A program made the translations under genes and the position numbers. From Antedon mediterranea (Eukaryota > Animalia > Echinodermata): DNA of 64,000 bases. Where the stretch lies: positions 19,279,648 through 19,343,647 of the forward strand of contig NC_092673.1 of the NCBI RefSeq assembly GCF_964355755.1, given 5' to 3'. Positions 57,101 through 64,000 of this stretch are shown here, piece after piece. The notes beneath the pieces were generated by a model. It was given only the letters and a program-made list of their open reading frames with translations. It did not search any database and had not been told where the DNA came from. The first letter of the stretch is position 1. Each line of letters begins with the position of its first letter.

Positions 57101-60100
57101 TATGTGAAATTGGGTTTTTTTGTCAACCCAAACCATAGCAAGAATTACTGCTAAATAATGTAGTCAATAATCCTAATTGACATGATTGATAAATGAGATA
57201 AAAATAGAATATCTTACCATGGATCAGATCTAGAGATTGTTAGCCTATTACTATTACAGAAGCATTTTTTTGAAAGGTAAGGGAGGGAGCAGGTAATTAA
57301 TTAATAATTATTTTTTATTAAAATCAGATTCTATTAATTTTTTTGACATAACCATTTTTTATTTGTTATTTTATTATTAATCAATGTAGTTGTCCCATTT
57401 TATTTCATCTTTACAATTAATTAGACCATTGTCAATCATTGTTATCTTTACAGCTACATATGACCAATTTATATTTGTTTTACAGTCAAAAATATGTAAA
57501 CAAAATTATACTGATTCACCTGAATATAAAAAAATTACAAGTAGATTTTTTTGTTTGTTAAGAAAATTAAAGATATATGTTATTTGATAGGCAACTGTAA
57601 ACTTTAAATCAGTTATCATAAATCATATAAACTATTTAGTTATTATTTTTATTTGGTTTGTTATAATCAAGTTTGATTTTTGTTAGTATGTTTATTTTTT
57701 TCTCTCATTTAATGGTTTACCGCAGCATATCTACAGAATGTTAGCCTATTACACTAGCAAATCCCTGTACATTACCTTATTTTGCAATGCTACTGGTGCC
57801 CCATGCTGTACGAGACACGTCACTATATCTTACCATGGATCAGATCTAGTGATTGTTAGCCTATTTACTTAATGTAAGTTATTAGTCATTAAATCTACTT
57901 ACTGTACAATATCAAACACAAAATTTGAACATTAATAAAATACATATTTCATAAAATTGTACAAACAAATGTTCAGCATTCAAAATATGAGGCCAATAAG
58001 AAGTTTAATGAATTTATATATAAATTTAGGTAATAGGAAATTTCAGTAAATAAAGTGCAACTTCTAGAATTTTTACTCAATGGTAGAAAAATTGGTACAT
58101 ACTTTCAGTACTGATTTTTAACACCCAATGAAACCATTATCATAATTAAGCTATTAAGATATTAGATATTAACGATTAAAAAAAATTTAGGTTAAACCAT
58201 TTTCCTCAATGAAAATAATATCATATCATGAAGCCTGATACCATCCCATCATCAAATGTACCAAGACAGGAATTTGGTGAACAATACCATGCACTAAACA
58301 AAATTAAGGTAATTCTCAGGATGACAATTATATTTGACTACATAAATTCCATCATATCTGTATTTATTTGCCTTGTGTACAGTGCGACTTAGACAATATT
58401 CAGTTATTTACCGAAGTTTATGTATTCGAGAATCATCTGTGGGCACTTAATTACCAGTATATCAAATTTTAACTGGCAACTTTAATAGAATCATTTTTTC
58501 CAAAAAGTCATAAGATAAGATATGGCACTGTTTGAAAAGAATAATTTCATATTAAATTTCTTTTTGAAATTGCATTGCTCAAACATTTTTACTAAACTAA
58601 ACATTATTTACATTTCTCTTCCTTTTGTGCAAAATGTTTGTTTGGAAAAGGATCTCTTTAAGGCCATATTCATACTGTATGTGATAAGACTGTCAGAAGT
58701 ATTTTATTGTAAAGTAAGTAAAGGGCAGGAGCAGGTTATTAACAATTAATAATCCTTTTTTATTGAAATCAGATTCTATTTTTAACATAAACATTTTTTA
58801 ATTTGTTATTTTATTAATAGTCAATGTAGCATGTCCCATTTTATTTCGTATTTACAATTAATTAGACCATTGTCAATCGTTATCTTAAAGTACATACAGT
58901 AATAATGAGCAATTTATATTTGTTTTACGGTCATAAAAATGTTAACAACATTGTAGGTTTCTAATATGAAGATTTTTTTGTTCATTAGAAATAAAAGATT
59001 TATGTTATTTGATATGTAACTACACATAATCAGTTCATAAATCAAATGAACTATTTAGTTTTTTATTTGGTTTGTTGTAATCAAGTCTTCACTTTTTCTC
59101 TAATTGTAACATTTTTCACAAAATCATGTCTGGTATGCTTCATTTAGATTCTGCTAAGCTTTGATTTATTTATATTATTATTTTTAGCCTAATGTTGTTA
59201 ATCAGTGCATGCAGGTTATACCTCCATCATCAGCGTGTATTTATATTATTATTTTTAGCCTAATGTGGTTAATCAGTACATGCAGGTTATACCTCCATCA
59301 TCAGTGTGTATTTATATTATTATTTTTAGCCTAATGTGGTTAATCAGTACATGCAGGTTATACCCCCATCATGAGTGTGTATTTATATTATTATTTTTAG
59401 CCTAATGTGGTTAATCAGTACATGCAGGTTATACCCCCATCATCAGTGTGTATTTATATTATTATTTTTAGCCTAATGTTGTTAATCAGTACATGCAGGT
59501 TATACCTCCATCATCAGTGTGTATTTATATTATTATTTTTAGCCTAATGTTGTTAATCAGTACATGCAGGTTATACCTCCATCATCAGTGTGTATTTTAT
59601 TATTATTTTTAGCCTAATGTGGTTAATCAGTACATGCATGTTATACCTCCATCATCAGTGTGTATTTATATTATTATTTTTAGCCTAATGTGGTTAATCA
59701 GTGCATGCAGGTTATACCCCAATCATCAGTGTGTATTTATATTATTATTTTTAGCCTAATGTGGTTAATCAGTACATGCAGGTTATACCTCCATCATCAG
59801 AGTGTAAATATATTATATTATTTTTAGCCTAATGTGGTTAACACGTTCACTGCCACGGCGTATTTATACGTCAAAAATTGCGTGTCGCTACTTGCCAAGA
59901 CGTAATACTACGTCAAAATCGTAGCACTTTTGTATTGTATGTAGAATCGCTGGCAGTGGTGATTGGAACAGGAATTATCGCATGGCAGTTTATGAATGAT
60001 GTACGTAAACGATAATCTAAAAATAAATGTCATATGTTTGTTTGTGTTTATTCCCTCATGCATTGAATATGGTTGATACGATGGCGCCCTCACACTCAAT

Positions 60101-62604
60101 ATAATCATCTCAAACATGTCATAAATTGCGCTAATAGTAAATAAAAATAATAAAGGATGAAATGATTCAGTGTGGTTTACTGTTTTTATCTCTCGATGAT
60201 AGGTTTGACCGATTTTAGCGCGGAAAATCCCCGACGTATATTTACGTTCCTGGCAAAGTCAATAAAATTGTTGGACCATTGCCAGTGACGTATTTATACG
60301 TCTCAACGGTTTTTCCCGCCATCGTATTTTGAATGACATCATGATAGTCTGTGACCAGATGTTACACTTTCAAACTGTAATTTAATATGTAAACGGGACT
60401 TGGCACTGGGACAGAAATTACGGAAAATGCCTTGGCAGTCAATGTGTTAATCAGTGCATGCAGGTTATACCCCCATCATCAGTGTGTATTTATATTATTA
60501 TTTTTAGCCTAATGTGGTTAATCAGTACATGCAGGTTATACCTCCATCATCAGTGTGTATTTATATTATTATTTTTAGCCTAATGTGGTTAATCAGTGCA
60601 TGCAGGTTATACCTCCATCATCAGTGTGTATTTATATTATTATTTTTAGCCTAATGTGGTTAATCAGTACATGCAGGTTATAACTCCATCATCAGTGTGT
60701 ATTTATATTATTATTTTTAGCCTAATGTGGTTAATCAGTGCATGCAGGTTATACCTCCATCATCAGTGTGTATTTATATTATTATTTTTAGCCTAATGTT
60801 GTTAATCAGTACATGCAGGTTATACCTCCATCATCAGTGTGTATTTATATTATTATTTTTAGCCTAATGTGGTTAATCAGTACATGCAGGTTATACCTCC
60901 ATCATCAGTGTGTATTTATATTATTATTTTTAGCCTAATGTGGTTAATCAGTGCATGCAGGTTATACCTCCATCATCAGTGTGTATTTATATTATTATTT
61001 TTAGCCTAATGTTGTTAATCAGTACATGCAGGTTATACCCCCATCATCAGTGTGTATTTATATTATTATTTAGTCTAATGTGGTTAATCAGTGCATGCAG
61101 GTTATACCTCCATCATCAGTGTGTATTTATATTATTATTTTTAGCCTAATGTCGTTAATCAGTACATGCAGTTTACCCCATCATCAGTGTGTATTTATAT
61201 CAGTATTTTTAGCTTAATGTGGTTAATCAGTACATGCAGTTTATACCTCTATCATCAGTGTGTATTTATATTATTATTTTTAGCCTAATGTTGTTAATCA
61301 GTACATGCAGGTTATACCCCTATCATCAGTGTGTATTTATATTATTATTTTTAGCCTAATGTGGTTTAATCAGTACATGCAGGTTATACCTCCATCATTA
61401 GTGTGTATTTATATTATTATTTTTAGCCTAATATGGTTAATCAGTACATGCAGGTTATACCCCCATCATCAGTGTGTGTTTATATTATTATTTTTTAGCC
61501 TAATGTGGTTAATCAGTGCATGCAGGTTATACCCCCATCATCAGTGTGTATTTATATTATTATTTTTAGCCTAATGTGGTTAATCAGTACATGCAGGTTA
61601 TATCCCCATCATCAGTGTGTATTTATATTATTATTTTTAGCCTAATGTGGTTAATCAGTGCATGCAGGTTATACCCCCATCATCAGTGTGTATTTATATT
61701 ATTATTTTTAGCCTAATGTGGTTAATCAGTGCATGCAGGTTATACCCCCATCATCAGTGTGTATTTATATTATTATTTTTAGCCTAATGTGGTTAATCAG
61801 TACATGCAGGTTATCCCCATCATCAGTGTGTATTTATATTATTATTTTTAGCCTAATGTTGTTAATCAGTACATGCAGGTTATCCCCATCATCAGTGTGT
61901 ATTTATATTATTATTTTTAGCCTAATGTTGTTAATCAGTACATGCAGGTTATACCCCCATCATCAGTGTGTATTTATATTATTATTTTTAGCCTAATGTT
62001 GTTAATCAGTACATGCAGGTTATCCCCATCATCAGTGTGTATTTATATTATTATTTTTAGCCTAATGTTGTTAATCAGTGCATGCAGGTCATACCAACAT
62101 CATTAGTGTGATATTGCAAAATAATTGTAATTCATTATATAAAAAAATGTTATAATAACTAATAAAGAAAATTACAATCTCTATAATTTTAAACTTTAAT
62201 TAAATTTCTTCTTTGATAATATTATAAAAATAATGTACATCTTGTTTTAAATACCTTATTGATAGATTTCACAAGATCTGGTTGCGTCTTACAGATTTGT
62301 TTAATTGTTTGCAAATCACTCCCGTACCACAAAGCTTCTTCTAATTTGTTCCTGTTAAAATGTAAGAAATAATGAATTATTACACTATTTTATGAAAATG
62401 ATGATTGATGGAAATAATCAATATCATCATTATATTTGATGAGAATGAGCCCTTTAATTGTAATATTTATGATTTCATAATCTTTTAAGAAAGTTTTAAA
62501 GTATTGCTAACTATTCAAACATTTTAATTTGTTTTTAACAGTTTACATATTGAAGCTGGTTATTTTTGTTGGATTTGAAATAAAAAACAAACGTACCTTT
62601 CCAT
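26632..62604 (-). CDS. Multi-exon ankyrin-repeat / ROC GTPase / COR / DED-like protein (ROCO family), ~1,240 aa
   Basis: Hand-spliced GT-AG exons with consistent phases: 62597-62604, 62255-62351, ANK exons (56730-56840, 56404-56508, 50985-51095, 50654-50761, 50323-50430, 49997-50101, 49667-49774, 48123-48227), 45174-45258, 42689-42781, 42164-42323, 41782-41867, 41384-41448, 41049-41091, 40325-40482, 39778-39867, 39411-39590, 38926-39177, 38194-38388, 37743-37937, 37203-37505, 37035-37106, 36047-36263, 33699-33761, 26632-27131. They total 3,723 nt in one open frame. Confidence 0.88.
27645..32470. repeat. 85-bp intronic tandem repeat (~56 copies)
   Basis: Unit gtcagggtaggggtatataccatgtgtttctataaaggaagtaaagttgtaaggtttgcatagagtgcaaataaacactagtaaa. 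One further partial unit at 33601-33655. Confidence 0.98.
32472..33601. mobile_element. Unclassified ~1.1-kb insertion with ~148-bp internal direct repeats
   Basis: gtcgtgaggtggtttcccgattaa...cgagacctg at 32472-32619 and 32663-32810, with partial copies at 32619-32662 and 33547-33601. The 85-bp satellite resumes straight after. Confidence 0.5.
34285..35968. repeat. 88-bp intronic tandem repeat (~19 copies)
   Basis: Unit tactactactggtaagaggaatgaagatatcacagctaatagcagcatgttgtaacaatgtatagattatcaataatgattctgatag-like, 88-bp period. Confidence 0.96.
36047..39177 (-). CDS. COR-domain exons of the ROCO gene
   Basis: EVPLKWMRF, LNFLYDLGEIVY, AVLDPMQLVEIVTAFV, GILEEKLLRRLW, LVELMIQLGFICE, FFVPLRL and LPDVLFP are COR-type motifs. 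A distal CILCGVC...H...C cluster follows. Confidence 0.85.
39411..42323 (-). CDS. ROC GTPase exons of the ROCO gene
   Basis: G1 GQEGVGKT (exon 42164-42323), G2 TDGI (41782-41867), G3 IWDNGGQ..Y...H (40325-40482), ALYIVVFDLS (39778-39867), G4 ILIVGTHKG (39411-39590). Confidence 0.9.
47795..47902 (-). pseudogene. Ankyrin pseudo-exon with acceptor AG->TG
   Basis: The + strand reads tccaggaaag at 47901 where sister cassettes read (tc)ctggaaag. The exon itself is open: DGDTPLHSYLRRVCTATLEIVTCLIQHGAPVALQNE. Confidence 0.75.
47795..56840 (-). CDS. Array of single-ankyrin-repeat phase-0 exons (8 intact, 1 with a broken acceptor)
   Basis: Exons of 105/108/111 nt encode xGxT(P/L)LHxYLxxxx(x)(P/A)T(L/S)EIVTCLIQHGAPVALQNK, each with a ctttccag acceptor and GTAA donor. 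Cassette period is 326-331 bp. Confidence 0.92.
51916..53893 (-). mobile_element. 5'-truncated LINE (CR1/L2-group-like) RT fragment with 3' UTR
   Basis: ORF 52359-~53893 has KAAGPDDLP, RPISLT, QYG, DFSKAFD, GVPQGTKLGP and KYVDD. The 3' end has the hairpin aattcagcagatttgctgc and an aataa-rich tail. Confidence 0.93.
53894..55790 (+). mobile_element. Second, different 5'-truncated LINE (CR1/L2-group-like) RT fragment, frameshifted near the C-terminus
   Basis: ORF 53933-55273 has RPISLT, QFG, DFTKAFD, GIPQGTKLGP and KYVDD, continuing in another frame to 55514. The 3' end has the hairpin tcagccttcgggctgc and an (aata)n tail. Confidence 0.93.
59175..62110. repeat. 71-bp intronic tandem repeat (~32 copies), interrupted by a MITE
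   Basis: Unit ttttagcctaatgtggttaatcagtacatgcaggttatacctccatcatcagtgtgtatttatattattat; cctccatca recurs at 59221 and 59292. Confidence 0.96.
59842..60446. mobile_element. piggyBac-type non-autonomous element (605 bp)
   Basis: TTAA duplicated at 59838-59841 and 60447-60450. TIRs cacgttcactgcca / tggcagtcaatgtg. Subterminal palindromes such as gacgtatttatacgtc. Confidence 0.9.
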
Positions 62605-62762
62605 TTCAAAAATACAGTGTGTTCATTTAACAATTATTAATACGGATAGCTTCTAGTGTAAAAGTAAGCCTACACATTCTGTTCTGAAAATATGAAAGGT
62701 AAAACATAATTTCATCAGACAGAAACCTTTGCATTAAAGGCTACGACAATTCAATTGCACCG

Positions 62763-63265
62763 GTATGCTGGCATTACTGAATGAAGATGACCTGTATGCT
62801 GGCATTACTGAATGAAGATGATCTGTATGCTGGCATTACTGAATGAAGATGATCTGTATGCTGGCATTACTGAATGAAGATGATCTGTATGCTGGCATTA
62901 CTGAATGAAGATGACCTGTATGCTGGCATTACTGAATGAAGATGACCTATATGCTGGCATTACTGAATGAAGATGACCTGTATGCTGGTGTTACTGAATG
63001 AAGATGACCTGTATACTGGTGTTACTGCATGAAGATGACCTGTATGTTGGCGTTACTGAATGAAGATGACCTGTATGCTGGTGTTACTGAATGAAGATGA
63101 TCTGTATGCTGGTGTTACTGCATGTAGATGACCTGTATGCTGGTGTTAGTGAATGAAGATGATCTGTATGCTGGTGTTACTGCATGTAGATGACCTGTAT
63201 GCTGGTGTTACTGAATGAAGATGACCTGTATGCTGGTGTTACTGAATAAGATGACTCCTGTGCTA
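62763..63265. repeat. 31-bp minisatellite (~16 copies)
   Basis: Unit tgtatgctggcattactgaatgaagatgacc, shifting to a ggtgtta variant half-way along. Confidence 0.95.
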
Positions 63266-64000
63266 GCATTACAACATATTATACTTTAGATTTTTAAACT
63301 GTTATACTTGTTATTAAACAAATAAAGCATATTGTGTACATTGTGCGATTGTAAAATCTAAGTTTATCACCAAGTTGATATTAAACTGGCCATGGTCTCA
63401 TCTTTAAATATTTAAAAAATTATTTTGTTCATAATAATTGATTGACAGATCAACAACTGGAAACATTGTTTTGTGGATTCATTTTCCCAAACGGCAATTA
63501 TGACTTTTCTTTAATTAATACACAACAAATGGCTGCCATTCAGTTTGGCCCACTTTACTTTAAACCCCAAAAAAAAACAGCAAAAACATCCCTCTAGGCA
63601 ATTGTGAGTATCAGAAAAACATATCAGTTATTTGGTCAAAAATGTTGTTAATCTCTCTCTAGGCTGGGTGCCAGGGGCCGCCAGGGGGTCTAGAGGGCAA
63701 AGCCCCCGGAAGTAACGCGTTCTAGCGTCTTTTGAGGCCATTTTAATCAGATTTAGGGTAGCCACTTTTTCCATTTTTTATAATGCATAAATAAAATACT
63801 GCGTGCAAAAAAACCGATGCGCAATGATGACTGTGGCAATCCATTTCAATTTTAAAAATGAAGTGACCTTTAAAGTTCAAAATATGCCTATATTTATTGA
63901 GTATATTGTAGCATAGAAAATATACACAAATGTAAAACGTACCCACAGGCAGGAACTGAGCTAAGACATTTTTGAAAATTAGAGCTGATTATAGGTCCTG

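Noticed and set aside
1-63265. Regular repeat arrays as CRISPR arrays
   Set aside because: They are head-to-tail monomers without unique spacers, with no cas genes, in a eukaryotic context.

Overview
This is AT-rich, repeat-dense eukaryotic DNA, most likely from an invertebrate animal (inferred from the spliceosomal introns and the Penelope/LINE/MITE content). Its main feature is one apparently complete multi-exon gene on the minus strand (ATG at 62604, stop at 26632, about 1,240 aa as I splice it by hand). The architecture is ankyrin-repeat array, ROC GTPase, COR, then a death-effector-like C-terminus. Each ankyrin repeat is a single phase-0 exon inside a tandemly amplified ~330-bp exon+intron cassette. 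The introns and ankyrin framework codons are near-identical between cassettes, while the predicted binding-surface residues differ in almost every copy, and broken cassettes lie among the intact ones. This looks like a diversifying, DARPin-like sensor fused to a ROCO switch and a death-fold effector, i.e. a candidate variable innate-immune receptor. The rest of the window holds an intact Penelope-like retroelement, a 9.6-kb TIR element carrying a spliced PHD + OTU-like protease gene, nested foldback elements and MITEs, two different LINEs fused head-to-head at one insertion site, a piggyBac-type MITE and six unrelated tandem arrays (89, 100, 85, 88, 71 and 31 bp units). All coordinates and alignments were read by eye; no database searches were run.
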